From an uncultured Actinomycetota bacterium (lineage in GTDB: Bacteria > Actinomycetota > Actinomycetes > CAVWCF01), in the NCBI GenBank assembly GCA_963753435.1, contig CAVWCF010000001.1, forward strand, positions 922,711-986,710: a stretch of 64,000 nucleotides of DNA. Direction: 5' to 3'. Below the pieces are notes generated by a model. The model was not told where the DNA came from. It saw only the letters and a list, made by a program, of their open reading frames with translations, and ran no database searches. Shown in pieces: positions 1-10,213 of the stretch (its first letter is position 1; every line of letters starts with the position of its first letter). A program made the position numbers and the translations under genes.

Positions 1-182
1 AGGGCTCGATCCTGCACGCGCGCCGCGTCAGCATCGACGAACCTGAGGCGATCCCGGCGGTGGCCAAGGCGATAGCCACAGCCGCCGACTGGGTGGGGTG
101 CGAGTCGGTACTGATCGGGCGGGTGACACCGCAAGAACACGAGGCCGCGTTGACCGCGGCCGCCGACGTCAGGCGATGCTGA
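1..182 (+). CDS. 3' end of an unidentified CDS (partial, continues upstream of the window)
   Basis: Frame 3 is open from the window edge to TGA at 180-182 (...AIATAADWVGCESVLIGRVTPQEHEAALTAAADVRRC). Composition is protein-like but I cannot assign a family. Confidence 0.3.
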   Translation, partial: GSILHARRVSIDEPEAIPAVAKAIATAADWVGCESVLIGRVTPQEHEAALTAAADVRRC

Positions 183-816
183 CCAGGCCCTGGCGCACCC
201 CGTGTGCCACTGCCCCAGTCCGCGAACGGGTCCCGGTCTTCTCCAGGATCCGGCGGACATGGTTCTTGACGGTGTTCTCGCTGATGAACAGCCGATCGGC
301 GATGTCCCGGTTGCTGGCACCGGCCGCGATCAGGCGCAACACCTCCAACTCGCGTTCCGTCAGAGGTTCGGCGCTCGGGTCGTCGCGCACCAGCGCCTGC
401 AGCAGCTGCTCGGTCAGCGGGGGGCTCACGTGCACGGAACCGTCGGCGACGGCACGCACCCCAGCCGCGATCTCACCGATCGGCGCGTCGCGCAGCAGGT
501 ATCCCGCAGCGCCGGAACGCAACGCCAACGTGACCGACTGGGAGTCCGCCGACTCGGCCAGCAGCACGATGTGGGCCGGCGCCACGGCTTCCTGCCAGTT
601 GCCCCATTGCGCCGACCCGGGCACACACATCCGCGCGGGCAGCAGGACCACGTCCGGGGTCAGACGGCGAACCACGCCGCGGGCGTCATCAAGGTCGGCC
701 GCAACCGCGACGCTGGGCTCACCGAGGACCTCAGCCAGGGCCAACGCAGTGCCACGGCGATCCAGTTCGCGGTCGTCGACGACGAGCACCCAGCCGCTAC
801 GTCGCCTGCGCACCAC
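169..816 (-). CDS. LuxR/NarL-family two-component response regulator (receiver plus HTH)
   Basis: C-terminal LuxR-type HTH signature (ERELEVLRLIAAGASNRDIADRLFISENTVKNHVRRILEK). N-terminal receiver-like segment (VLVVDD... DVVLL...). 215 aa ORF. Confidence 0.75.
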   Translation of the reverse strand: MVRRRRSGWVLVVDDRELDRRGTALALAEVLGEPSVAVAADLDDARGVVRRLTPDVVLLPARMCVPGSAQWGNWQEAVAPAHIVLLAESADSQSVTLALRSGAAGYLLRDAPIGEIAAGVRAVADGSVHVSPPLTEQLLQALVRDDPSAEPLTERELEVLRLIAAGASNRDIADRLFISENTVKNHVRRILEKTGTRSRTGAVAHGVRQGLVSIA

Positions 817-876
817 CGGACCCCACCTCCCGGCGACATCCTGGCACCGTCGTCAGCGGCGCGAGGCCGCTTCAAC

Positions 877-1584
877 TCAGGCGTCGGTCACGTTGAGGTG
901 GATGACCCCGTAGTCGTAGCCGCGGCGCCGGTAGACCACGCTCGGCCGCCCACTTTCCTTGTCGGCGTAGAGGAAGAAGTCATGGCCGACGAGTTCCATC
1001 TCGTACAGCGCCTGGTCCAACGTCATCGGCATGGCGTCGTGCTCCTTCTCCCGCACGACCATGGGCCCGTCCGCTGCGATCGTCGTGGCCGCACCGGGCT
1101 CGGCGACCTCGAAAGCGGTGTCCGGCTGGACCGGCGGGGTCGCCGAAACCAGCGATGCGTCGGCTTCGGCCACGATGCGCCGGGCATCGCGGCGGCGATG
1201 GTCCGCACGCCGATCGGCCCACCGACGCAACCGACCTTCCAGCTTGTCCATGGCCGCGTCCAGAGCAGCGTGCTTCTCCTCGGCGGAGGCTTCGGCGCGA
1301 ATCACCGGGCCGCGACCGCGGCAAGTGAGTTCGACACGGTATGCGCGCTCGGCAAGGCGGGGGTTGGACTCCTTGGAGACCTCTACGTCGACGCGCTGCA
1401 ACTTCGGGTCGTACCGCTCCAACTTGTCGAGTTTCTCGCTTACGACCTCACGGAACTTGTCGGACACCTCCAGGTGCCGACCACTGACAACGACGTCCAT
1501 GTCCGCCTCCTCACCAACGGCCGTGGCAAGCCCGGCCGAAACCAAGCGACCACACGGATCCGTCTCGTCTTGCGAACCGGACAC
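877..1584 (-). CDS. hpf: Ribosome hibernation promoting factor, long form (RaiA/HPF)
   Basis: N-terminus MDVVVSGRHLEVSDKFREVVSEKLDKLERYDPKLQRVDVEV is the classic sigma-54-modulation/HPF fold. C-terminal extension ends GYDYGVIHLNV as in long HPFs. Position next to comF-lpqB-mtrB-mtrA matches Rv3241c. Confidence 0.9.
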   Translation of the reverse strand: MSGSQDETDPCGRLVSAGLATAVGEEADMDVVVSGRHLEVSDKFREVVSEKLDKLERYDPKLQRVDVEVSKESNPRLAERAYRVELTCRGRGPVIRAEASAEEKHAALDAAMDKLEGRLRRWADRRADHRRRDARRIVAEADASLVSATPPVQPDTAFEVAEPGAATTIAADGPMVVREKEHDAMPMTLDQALYEMELVGHDFFLYADKESGRPSVVYRRRGYDYGVIHLNVTDA

Positions 1585-1607
1585 GCGCGGTCGTCACAGT
1601 TGAGACG

Positions 1608-2375
1608 CTAGTCCAGACCGACCCGGCGCGACACCCGACCATGGTCCTGACTGGGTTGCTCCCCTACGGGAATCACCTGCTGCCGGGCAACAGCGTCGCG
1701 CGGATGGGTGATGCTGACGACGGCGTCCACGTTCCAGCCCGCGGCTCTGGCAGCACGGGCCGCTTCCAGCGCCGTGGAACCGGTGGTGACAACGTCATCG
1801 ACTAGGACCGCGCGGCCGGCACCGCTCGGAGCGCGGGCGCGCAGCGCGCCGTGAACATTGCCCCGCCGATCTGCGGCCCGGAGCCGACTCTGATCCGGTC
1901 CGCCGCGTACCCACTGCAGCGCCAGCGACACCTGCACCCGGATACCCGCGGCGCTGAGGAGCGCCGCAGCACCGAGGGCCAGTTGGACCACTGGGTCCTG
2001 GGGCCGGCGCAGTCGATTTCGAGGCCGCTGCGGGATCGGGAGCAGCGTCACCGCATCACCCTGGGCGCGATCACACTGGGCCCGATCACACTGGGCCCGA
2101 TCACACTGGGCCCGATCGGAGAGCAGAACCTGGGCCAGCGGTCTGGCCAACGCAGCAGATAACAGCGGGGTCAGGGCGCGCGCCCCGGACTCCTTGAGCG
2201 CGACGACCATTCGCGAGGCCGGCGGCTCATGTGGCGCAGCCCAGGCGCGCAGCAGCCCGTCGCGGCGTTGCACCTCGACTTCGCAGGCAGCCATCGCCGC
2301 GGCGCAGTCGGCGCATAAGGGTCCGGCCCGCAGTTGGCAGCCCAGACAAGTCGGCTGCAGCAGCGCGTTCCACAC
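1608..2375 (-). CDS. ComF-family phosphoribosyltransferase-domain protein
   Basis: N-terminal Cys-rich zinc finger (CLGCQ...CADC). C-terminal PRTase motif VLVDDVVTTGST. Conserved position between lpqB and hpf (Rv3242c-like). Confidence 0.75.
   Translation of the reverse strand: MWNALLQPTCLGCQLRAGPLCADCAAAMAACEVEVQRRDGLLRAWAAPHEPPASRMVVALKESGARALTPLLSAALARPLAQVLLSDRAQCDRAQCDRAQCDRAQGDAVTLLPIPQRPRNRLRRPQDPVVQLALGAAALLSAAGIRVQVSLALQWVRGGPDQSRLRAADRRGNVHGALRARAPSGAGRAVLVDDVVTTGSTALEAARAARAAGWNVDAVVSITHPRDAVARQQVIPVGEQPSQDHGRVSRRVGLD
2056..2119 (-). repeat. In-frame 15-bp tandem repeat inside the comF-like CDS: three perfect copies of atcacactgggcccg plus one degenerate copy, encoding (DRAQC)x3 then DRAQG
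   Basis: Read directly. Perfect copies at 2071-2085, 2086-2100 and 2101-2115. A degenerate copy atcaccctgggcgcg sits at 2056-2070. The next unit is truncated (atcg). Confidence 0.9.
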
Positions 2376-2475
2376 CCCGAAACGGTCCCCGGCAACTGAG
2401 GGCCGCGCCCGTGGGTTGCGACCCCGGTGGACAGCTCATGGCTGTGATCGGCTGTGTACGGCCCCGATGCGGGCC

Positions 2476-4203
2476 CTAGCCCGGGTAGGCGACCTCGGTC
2501 GCGGATCCCTCCGCACGCCAACCGAAGCCGCGATCCACCCACACCTGCGAGTTGGCGGTTACCGCCAGCAGCGGGCGGGCCGGCGCCGCCGCGAGGCTGC
2601 GTACCTCCGGCAGCGAGCCGGGGGCGGTGACCGCGAAGTTCGGATCGATGAGGAACGGCTCCAGCGTGCCCCGTTCGCTGCGCGCCAACACCGCCAGCCG
2701 CGTGGCATTGGCCCAACTCACCTGCCGGACGTCGACGAGTTCGGACTCCAGGCGGCGCAGGGCCCCGATCCGGATCCCATCAGCTTCCCGCTCAATGCGG
2801 GCAACGAAGAGCAACCCCCGACCATCCTCCTCGAGGATGACCGCGGCCCGAGCGCCGTCCCGGGCCATCCGGAAGTCCAGGACGCGCCGACCCTGCAACT
2901 CATCGGCTTCCACCCGCTCGGGCGAACCGCCTAACTGCACCCGCCACACGGCCGCACCGGAACCAGTCCGGTCCACCACCCACACGGTGTCAAAGGGGTC
3001 CCAGGTTGGCCGGGTCAGGTCGGTACCGGAAAGGACCGGCTCGGCCGTGAAGGTCTCCCACTGCCCCACGAGCAGGTCCGGCCCGTTCAATGTCGCAGCC
3101 GCCGAACCGTCCAGCGACACGGCCACCGATCGCGGCGTCAACGAACCATCACCCAACGGACCGGGAACCGGCTCGGCGGAATCCCCGACGCCGGACACCA
3201 GCGCCCCGTCCACCACCGCGTAAGCAGTCGCGTCGGCGGGCAGGCCGTCGGGATCGAAGGAGGGCCAGGCGTCGCGGCTTTGCACTTCGTCAGCACCGGG
3301 GACAGCAAGGGCGGAATCCCCGGCGCGGATTCGCACACCAGTGACCTCGGGCAACTGGCGCAGGGTCCAAACCAGTTGTGCCGACAACTGCCTGCGCGCT
3401 TCCGGCCCGGCGCTGAGTACGTCCGCGGACAACTGCACGGTGGCAATACCGTCGGCGATCGGGGCGGCCGCCGCGGTCAGTGACGTGCCCGGGGGGAACG
3501 CGGTAGTGACCGCCGGATCCAGCCACGGAGTCGGCCCGGCCAACAGGGCGCGGACCAAGGTCGTCGAAACCCCGGGCAGCGCGGCCGGAACGACCACGTT
3601 GTCAGGCACCAGACGCACGCCAGAGGCGTCGACGAACATCAGGCTGAACGAGCGGAAGGCGCGGGCCACGTCCAGCGTCGAGAGCAGCAGGCCGCTGGGC
3701 AGTCGACTGATGCGCCACTCCCCGTCGACCTGCCGCAGGTCGTAATCGGCCCGGACCTGCGCGCCGGCGCCCGAGGCCGCGTACTCGCCGCGGCCGGAGA
3801 TCTTGGCGACCTCGCCGGCGGTCAAAGCCACGGCGACTTCGGACGACTCGGTCAGGTCCAGGCTGGTCGGGTCATACACGACCGTGCCGATCGATGTGTC
3901 CCACGCCTCCCGGATCTCCGGCGCCAAGTACTGGCGGGCAACCTCATGGTTGGACTCGAAGGCGGCCGAGGCAGCCAGGAAACCCTCCACGATCTGCATC
4001 TGATCCGCCCCCGGCGCCGGCGGCCGCGCCAGGACCCGGATGAAGGCGCCGGCCTCGCGATCACCGCCAACCGCCTCACCCTGCCGGACCGGGCTGCTGG
4101 TGGGAATGGCCGCGCATCCGGTGAGGAGGACCGCCGCCGCGGCCACCAGCGCGACCAACGTCCAAGCCGGTCGGCGAGCCCAGCCGCCGCCGATGGCGTT
4201 CAC
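2476..4203 (-). CDS. lpqB: Lipoprotein LpqB (MtrAB-associated)
   Basis: Signal peptide with lipobox LLTGC. 575 aa. Stop overlaps the mtrB gene by 4 nt. Position downstream of mtrB is conserved across actinobacteria. Confidence 0.85.
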   Translation of the reverse strand: MNAIGGGWARRPAWTLVALVAAAAVLLTGCAAIPTSSPVRQGEAVGGDREAGAFIRVLARPPAPGADQMQIVEGFLAASAAFESNHEVARQYLAPEIREAWDTSIGTVVYDPTSLDLTESSEVAVALTAGEVAKISGRGEYAASGAGAQVRADYDLRQVDGEWRISRLPSGLLLSTLDVARAFRSFSLMFVDASGVRLVPDNVVVPAALPGVSTTLVRALLAGPTPWLDPAVTTAFPPGTSLTAAAAPIADGIATVQLSADVLSAGPEARRQLSAQLVWTLRQLPEVTGVRIRAGDSALAVPGADEVQSRDAWPSFDPDGLPADATAYAVVDGALVSGVGDSAEPVPGPLGDGSLTPRSVAVSLDGSAAATLNGPDLLVGQWETFTAEPVLSGTDLTRPTWDPFDTVWVVDRTGSGAAVWRVQLGGSPERVEADELQGRRVLDFRMARDGARAAVILEEDGRGLLFVARIEREADGIRIGALRRLESELVDVRQVSWANATRLAVLARSERGTLEPFLIDPNFAVTAPGSLPEVRSLAAAPARPLLAVTANSQVWVDRGFGWRAEGSATEVAYPG

Positions 4204-5858
4204 GTTGCGGCCCGTCCCGCGGCTGCCGACGCCGCCGACGCCGACTTGTCGTCTCCTTCGGCGTCCTCCGGCAGCAGCGGCAGCGGTGATGACTGCAGGT
4301 CCACGCCGGCTCGTTGCGGCAGGGTGAGCCGGAAGTGGGCGCCCCGGCCGGGCTCACCCCACGCCTGCAGCCAGCCGCCGTGCAAGCGGGCATCCTCCAG
4401 CGCGATCGCCAACCCCAGTCCGGTGCCACCGGTGTTCCGCGCCCGAGCCGGGTCTGCCCGCCAGAAGCGATTGAAGACCAGCGACGACTCCCCCGGACGC
4501 AGACCCACGCCGTAGTCGCGAACTCCGATCGCGGCAGCACCATCACCGGTTGCCACCGTAACTACGACATCTCGACCCTCGCCGTGCTCGATGGCGTTGA
4601 CGACAAGATTGCGCAGGATTCGGTCAACACGCCTGGAGTCCACTTCGGCCAGACATGGCCGCTCGGGCACCTGCAGGCGCACGGACGTGGAACGCCTGGC
4701 GGCTAGGGGTTCGCAGCCTTCAGCCACCCGTCGCGCCAGCGACCGTAGATCGATCTGCTCCCGCTCCAGGATCACCGCTCCGGCATCGTGCCGACTGATT
4801 TCCAGCAGATCCGAGAGCAGCGCCTCGAAGCGGTCGAGCTGGTCCTGCAGCAACTCCGCCGAGCGGCGAGTCCCGTCATCGAAGGAGTCGCTGGCCTCGT
4901 GCAATACATCCGCGGCCATTCGAACCGTGGTCAGTGGCGTGCGCAGTTCGTGGGAGACGTCGGACACGAATCGCCGTTGCACCCGCGACAGGTCCTCCAG
5001 CTGGCGGATCTGCCGCTCCAGACTGGCGGCCATCTGATTGAACGACGTCGCCAGCCGGGTCAAGTCGTCTTCACCGGATACCACCATGCGCTCCGACAGC
5101 CGACCGGCGGAGAACTCCTCTGCGATGCGCGCCGCCTTTCGCACCGGGTCGGTCACCTGACGTGTCACCAGCCAAGCGATGCCACCGAGAACCAGCAGCA
5201 GGACGACACCAGCAGCGATCAGGGTGCGTTGCACCAGCGCGAGCGTCGATTCCTCCGCCCCCAGCGGGAAGAGGTAGTACAACTCGTAGCCCGGGGTGCC
5301 GGTCACGGCTAGTGGGGCGCCGACAACGATCCCGGCGGCGGCATCGCGGACACCGCCGAACGTGATGGTGGAGTAGGCGTAGCTCTGTACCTGGCTGGCG
5401 CGAACGGCCTCGCGCAACTCCTCCGGGACTGAGTCCGAAAGCACCAGGTTCGACCCACGCTCAGGGGCGCCCGACGACTCCGTCGACAACAGCAGCACTT
5501 CGAACAGCGGCGGCTGTCCGGCCCGGTCGGCCAGATCCGTGGCGATCTGATCGACGAGCAGGTCGAGGCTGGCGGCGTCAGTGCGGTCCGCGGCGTCCAC
5601 CAATGCCTGCGCCTGGGTCAGTCCGGCGCGCGCGGTGTCCAGACTCTGGCGCTCCTTGGCCTGCAGCAAGCCGGTCTGCACCCGGGTCAGCAGCACCTGC
5701 CCGAGGACCAGCACGACCACCACGCTCAGCCCCACGGCAGCGGCCACGACGCGGATAGTGAGCGATCGACGCCACAAGGACGTCACCCGCGCCAGCAGAC
5801 CGGCGGTCCCCGGGGAGATCCATCGTGTCGGGCCGTCCCCCGAGCGAGCCGCCATCAA
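4200..5858 (-). CDS. mtrB: Sensor histidine kinase MtrB
   Basis: Two TM segments, a HAMP region, an H-box (VSHELRTPLTTV), and N and G boxes (LVVNAIEHG, GGTGLGLAI). 4-nt overlap with the mtrA stop. Confidence 0.9.
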   Translation of the reverse strand: MMAARSGDGPTRWISPGTAGLLARVTSLWRRSLTIRVVAAAVGLSVVVVLVLGQVLLTRVQTGLLQAKERQSLDTARAGLTQAQALVDAADRTDAASLDLLVDQIATDLADRAGQPPLFEVLLLSTESSGAPERGSNLVLSDSVPEELREAVRASQVQSYAYSTITFGGVRDAAAGIVVGAPLAVTGTPGYELYYLFPLGAEESTLALVQRTLIAAGVVLLLVLGGIAWLVTRQVTDPVRKAARIAEEFSAGRLSERMVVSGEDDLTRLATSFNQMAASLERQIRQLEDLSRVQRRFVSDVSHELRTPLTTVRMAADVLHEASDSFDDGTRRSAELLQDQLDRFEALLSDLLEISRHDAGAVILEREQIDLRSLARRVAEGCEPLAARRSTSVRLQVPERPCLAEVDSRRVDRILRNLVVNAIEHGEGRDVVVTVATGDGAAAIGVRDYGVGLRPGESSLVFNRFWRADPARARNTGGTGLGLAIALEDARLHGGWLQAWGEPGRGAHFRLTLPQRAGVDLQSSPLPLLPEDAEGDDKSASAASAAAGRAAT

Positions 5859-6565
5859 CTCGAACGCGCCGAGGTCTCCGTCGGCGCTGCTGCCTTGTAG
5901 CCGACCCCGCGCACGGTCAGGACGAGCGCGGGGTGCTCGGGGTCATGCTCGACCTTGGCGCGCAGTCGTTGGACGTGGACATTCACCAGCCGGGTGTCGG
6001 CCGCATGCCGATAACCCCAAACCTGCTCAAGCAGCACTTCGCGGGAGAAGACCTGACCGGGCTTGCGCGCCAGCGCGAGCAGCAGGTCGTACTCCAACGG
6101 GGTCAAGTTGATCGAAACACCTTCCCTGCTGACCTCATGTCCGGCGACATCAATGGACAAGTCGCCGAGCGTGATCAGCTCCGAACCCGTCGGACGGTCG
6201 CTGCGCAACCGCGCCCGCATCCGAGCGACCAGCTCCTTGGGCTTGAACGGCTTGACGATGTAGTCGTCGGCACCGCTTTCCAATCCGAGAACCACGTCCA
6301 CGGTGTCCGTCTTGGCCGTCAGCATCACGATCGGGATGCCGGACTCGGCTCGAATCTGCCGGCACACGTCGATGCCGTCGGTGCCGGGCAGCATCAGGTC
6401 CAACAGCACCAGGTCCGGCTGGGCGTCGCGGAAGGCGGCCAGCGCCTTGTCACCGTCCGCGCAGAAGGAGGGCGCGAAACCTTCCCCCCGCAGCACGATG
6501 CCGAGCATCTCCGCCAGGGCTGGGTCGTCATCCACCACGAGAACTCGTGCCTGCATGGCATTCAT
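5855..6565 (-). CDS. mtrA: OmpR-family response regulator MtrA
   Basis: MNAMQARVLVVDDDPALAEMLGIVLRGEGF closely matches the MtrA N-terminus. Winged-helix C-terminus (RLRAKVEHDPEHPALVLTVRGVGY). Start chosen at the internal ATG giving a typical length of about 236 aa. Confidence 0.9.
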   Translation of the reverse strand: MNAMQARVLVVDDDPALAEMLGIVLRGEGFAPSFCADGDKALAAFRDAQPDLVLLDLMLPGTDGIDVCRQIRAESGIPIVMLTAKTDTVDVVLGLESGADDYIVKPFKPKELVARMRARLRSDRPTGSELITLGDLSIDVAGHEVSREGVSINLTPLEYDLLLALARKPGQVFSREVLLEQVWGYRHAADTRLVNVHVQRLRAKVEHDPEHPALVLTVRGVGYKAAAPTETSARSS

Positions 6566-6639
6566 GTTCCCACCCGATGCAAGCGCCGACGCGCAACCGC
6601 CCCTGCCGCGCCGCCGCGAAGCCGTGTGAGGATCGCCCA

Positions 6640-7596
6640 ATGAGCCAGCCAACTCAGGCCTGGGGGCCTTGGCCGGACGGGGACGCCGGGGGCCAATGGC
6701 CGGCTTCGGACCGACCCGACCACCCCCCGGCCCAGGTCGACGGCGGCCGGCCGGTCGGGGAGATCCTCGAGGGCGCCATCAAGACGGTGCTGAGCGGACC
6801 CCGCGTGCTCGTCGGCGGTGCGTTGCTGGTGGTAGGCGGGGTACAGGCAATCGTGCTGGTGACGGTGTGGTTGCTGGCCGGCAATATCGACTTCACCGAC
6901 GCAAGCGTTACCGCTGCCGAAGTCGCACGACTGAGCGCGGCGGCAGCCGTGGCCGTACTCGGGTCCTGGACCGTGTCGGTTGCCATGACCGGGCTGGGGG
7001 CTGCCGCTGCCGCGGAGTGGACAGCAGGACGTCCGATCACGCTCGCGGCCGTAGCGCCGCGGATTCGACGACGGCTCGGGCGGCTGATCCTGGCGCTGAT
7101 CGTCGCCGTCGGATTGCCGCTGGGCGTGGGGATCACCGTCGCTGCCGCGGCAGTGCTGCTGGCCATCACCGTCGGGGGGATCGCCGGCTCGCTGATCGGC
7201 GTGGTCGGGGTGTCCGTGGGGATCGGGGCTGGTCTGTGGCTGGCCATCCGGCTGGTGCTGTCCCCGGTCGCAGCCGTGCTGGGTTCGGCAGGCGCCGCCG
7301 TGGCGGTGCGCGAGTCGTGGGGCGTGACCCGGAGGCACTTCTGGCGCGTCCTGGGTTTCATCGTGCTCAACGTGCTACTTACGCAGACCGTCACCGCTGT
7401 CGTGGCCGCGCCCCTGGGCGTGATCGTGTCGGAGAACCCCGAGGCGTTCAGCGGCGCAGCGGTGATCGGCGGCGCGGTCACCTCTGCGGTGGCGGTGACG
7501 CTGACCGCCCCGTTCACCGCCTGCGTTACCGCTTTGCTCTTCCTGGACCTGCGGGACCGGAACGGATCGACTCAGCCGCGGCCATCCGTGGGCTAG
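6640..7596 (+). CDS. Gly/Ala-rich polytopic membrane protein, unknown function
   Basis: Several long hydrophobic helices ([19 protein letters not shown]...; [35 protein letters not shown]...). Divergent from mtrA. It occupies the slot where M. tuberculosis has tmk. Confidence 0.5.
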   Translation: MSQPTQAWGPWPDGDAGGQWPASDRPDHPPAQVDGGRPVGEILEGAIKTVLSGPRVLVGGALLVVGGVQAIVLVTVWLLAGNIDFTDASVTAAEVARLSAAAAVAVLGSWTVSVAMTGLGAAAAAEWTAGRPITLAAVAPRIRRRLGRLILALIVAVGLPLGVGITVAAAAVLLAITVGGIAGSLIGVVGVSVGIGAGLWLAIRLVLSPVAAVLGSAGAAVAVRESWGVTRRHFWRVLGFIVLNVLLTQTVTAVVAAPLGVIVSENPEAFSGAAVIGGAVTSAVAVTLTAPFTACVTALLFLDLRDRNGSTQPRPSVG

Positions 7597-9026
7597 TAGC
7601 GGTAGTGCTCCGGCTTGTACGGCCCCTCCACCGGCAACCCGAGGTAGGCGGCCTGCTCCTTGGTCATCTCGGTCAGGCGAACACCCAGCGCCGGTAGGTG
7701 ATACCGAGCAACCCGTTCGTCCAGGGTCTTCGGCAGCGTGTAGACGCCGAGGGGGTACGCGTCCGGACGCGTGAACATCTCGATCTGCGCGATCACCTGG
7801 TTGGTGAACGAGTTGCTCATCACGAAACTCGGGTGGCCGGTCGCGTTGCCCAGGTTCAGCAGACGTCCTTCGCTCAACACGATGACGGCGTGGCCGTCCG
7901 GGAAATGCCAGGCATCCACCTGCGGCTTGATGTTCTCGTGCCGGATCCCCGCCGTGGCAGCAAGGCCGGCCATGTCGATCTCGTTGTCGAAGTGCCCGAT
8001 GTTGCCGACGATCGCCTGATGCTTCATCGCCGCCATGTGGGCAGCCGTGATGACGTCGCGGTTGCCGGTGGCAGTGATGAAGATGTCGGCCTTGTCCACA
8101 ACATCATCGATCGTCAGGACCTCATAGCCATCCATGGCCGCCTGCAAAGCGCAGATGGGGTCGATCTCGGTGACCACGACCTTGGCGCCCTGACCACGAA
8201 GGGCGTCAGCGCACCCCTTGCCCACGTCGCCGTATCCGCAGACGACGGCGGTCTTGCCACCGATGAGTACGTCCGTTGCCCGGTTGATGCCGTCAAGCAA
8301 CGAGTGTCGGCAGCCATAGCGGTTGTCGAACTTGCTCTTGGTGACGGAGTCGTTGACGTTGATGGCCGGGAACAGCAACTGCCCGTCGCGAAGCATCTGG
8401 TACAGCCGGTGCACGCCCGTGGTCGTTTCCTCGGTAACACCCCGCACACCGTCGGCGATCCGACTCCACTTGCCCGGGTCAACGCCCTGGGCTGCCCGGA
8501 GGACGTCAAGCACGACGCGGTACTCCTCGGAGTCATCGCTGGTCGGCTGCGGCACCTGCCCGGCCTTCTCGAACTCCACACCCTTGTGCAGTAGCAGGGT
8601 CGCGTCGCCGCCGTCGTCGAGGATCATGTTGGGCCCGGCGCCGTCCGGCCAGGCGAGGATCTGCTCGGTGCACCACCAGTACTCCGGCAGGGTCTCGCCC
8701 TTCCAGGCAAAGACCGGCACGCCGGCCGGCTGCTCCGGCGTACCGGAGCCCACGACCACCGCGGCGGCCGCCTGATCCTGGGTCGAGAAGATGTTGCAGG
8801 AGGCCCAGCGGACCTCCGCCCCCAACGCCGTCAATGTCTCGATCAGCACCGCGGTCTGCACCGTCATGTGCAGGGATCCCGCGATGCGCGCGCCCGCGAG
8901 CGGCTTGGTGTCGCCCAGTTCGGCTCGCATTGCCATCAGGCCCGGCATCTCGTGCTCGGCCAACCTGATCTCCTTGCGGCCGAACTCGGCCAGAGCCAGA
9001 TCTGCAACCTTGAAATCGAATCCCAC
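7593..9026 (-). CDS. ahcY: Adenosylhomocysteinase (S-adenosyl-L-homocysteine hydrolase)
   Basis: N-terminus [31 protein letters not shown]-binding segment [18 protein letters not shown]-terminus YRY. 477 aa. Confidence 0.95.
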   Translation of the reverse strand: MGFDFKVADLALAEFGRKEIRLAEHEMPGLMAMRAELGDTKPLAGARIAGSLHMTVQTAVLIETLTALGAEVRWASCNIFSTQDQAAAAVVVGSGTPEQPAGVPVFAWKGETLPEYWWCTEQILAWPDGAGPNMILDDGGDATLLLHKGVEFEKAGQVPQPTSDDSEEYRVVLDVLRAAQGVDPGKWSRIADGVRGVTEETTTGVHRLYQMLRDGQLLFPAINVNDSVTKSKFDNRYGCRHSLLDGINRATDVLIGGKTAVVCGYGDVGKGCADALRGQGAKVVVTEIDPICALQAAMDGYEVLTIDDVVDKADIFITATGNRDVITAAHMAAMKHQAIVGNIGHFDNEIDMAGLAATAGIRHENIKPQVDAWHFPDGHAVIVLSEGRLLNLGNATGHPSFVMSNSFTNQVIAQIEMFTRPDAYPLGVYTLPKTLDERVARYHLPALGVRLTEMTKEQAAYLGLPVEGPYKPEHYRY

Positions 9027-9065
9027 CGGGACCTCCGCGTCGATGAACTGCCGAGAGCGTACGCG

Positions 9066-10181
9066 TTAGGGCTGGTCCGAGCTCACGATGAGGACCGTGC
9101 CGGAGCCGGAGACAGCCAGCCGGCCCGTGGCATCCGCATAGCCGGCCTGGCCGCGGGCCAGGCCAACGCCGTCAACTTCTACGTGCCCGTCGACGCAGAG
9201 CACCAGGGTCGCGCCACCGGCAGGCACAGCCAGTCCGGTGTTGGACGGCCGCGCGATGTGTACGCCGAACAATCCCTCATGGGCGGTCAGGGATTCCAGA
9301 CCCGGGGTCTGCGTCCGCGGCCGCTGCACGCTCCATTCGGCGTCGGGCCGCAAGACCTGCAGCAGCGCTGGCACGTCGACGTGCTTGCTGGTGAGGCCGC
9401 CGCGCAGCACGTTGTCGCTGGCACCCATCACCTCCACACCCGATCCGGCCAGATAGGCGTGCAGCACTCCCGGGCGCAGTACCAACGCCGAACCGGAGTC
9501 CAGCCGGACCAAGTTCAGCAGCAGCGCAGCCAGCAGCCCCCGGTCACCCGGGTAGCTCTGGCCGATCCGCGCCAACCAGCCGCACTCCGCCGCCCAAGGG
9601 CTAGTGGCAGCGACTGCCGCGGCGGCGGTCGCAACCTCACCGGGCACCGACGCCGGAGCGAACTCAAGACTCCACCGCAGGGAGTCGGCAAGGACGTCGT
9701 CGGCCGGGCCGGGACCAGTTGCAGACAGCAGTTGCTGCAGAGGAGCCAGGGCCGGCACTTCCAGTTCCCCCAGCAGGTCAACCGTCGCGGCGGGGTTACG
9801 GAACCCGCACAGCGCCTCGACGGGTGTCAGGGCCCAGAGCAGTTCCGGCTTGCCGTGCCGGTCGCGGTAGTTGCGCTCGGCCGCGTCCCGCGGAATGCCC
9901 AAAGCTTCTTCCGCCGCGAAGCCCGCAGTCGCCTGGTCCCGATCCGGGTGCGTCTGGATGGACAACGGTTCCGCCGCCGACAACACCTTGACCAGGAACG
10001 GCAACTCGCCCGCCACCTCGGCGAGCGCGCGGCCGTCCCGAAGCCGCGATGGGTGCGCCGGATGCGTCCCCAGCCACAACTCCGCCCATGGTCGCCCGTC
10101 GGGGTCGCTGCCGAGAAGCCGTGGCAGGAAGTCCGGGCTACCCCACTGGTAGTGGGCGACCTCGCCCGATATCAGATGCAC
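9066..10181 (-). CDS. manA: Mannose-6-phosphate isomerase, class I
   Basis: PMI type I motifs: YQWGSP, ELWLGTHP, and ALSIQTHPD (zinc ligands). Confidence 0.85.
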   Translation of the reverse strand: MHLISGEVAHYQWGSPDFLPRLLGSDPDGRPWAELWLGTHPAHPSRLRDGRALAEVAGELPFLVKVLSAAEPLSIQTHPDRDQATAGFAAEEALGIPRDAAERNYRDRHGKPELLWALTPVEALCGFRNPAATVDLLGELEVPALAPLQQLLSATGPGPADDVLADSLRWSLEFAPASVPGEVATAAAAVAATSPWAAECGWLARIGQSYPGDRGLLAALLLNLVRLDSGSALVLRPGVLHAYLAGSGVEVMGASDNVLRGGLTSKHVDVPALLQVLRPDAEWSVQRPRTQTPGLESLTAHEGLFGVHIARPSNTGLAVPAGGATLVLCVDGHVEVDGVGLARGQAGYADATGRLAVSGSGTVLIVSSDQP

Positions 10182-10213
10182 GGGTGCTCACCAGCCGTGA
10201 CCGCGAGCGCTGC

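Noticed and set aside
202-1611. 469-aa plus-strand ORF overlapping the LuxR regulator and hpf
   Set aside because: It is antisense to two well-supported genes. The sequence is Arg/Gly/Pro-rich low complexity, typical of phantom ORFs in more than 70% GC DNA.
2056-2119. Possible CRISPR-like repeat
   Set aside because: The units are contiguous 15-bp copies without spacers and lie inside a coding frame. It is a coding tandem repeat, not a CRISPR array.
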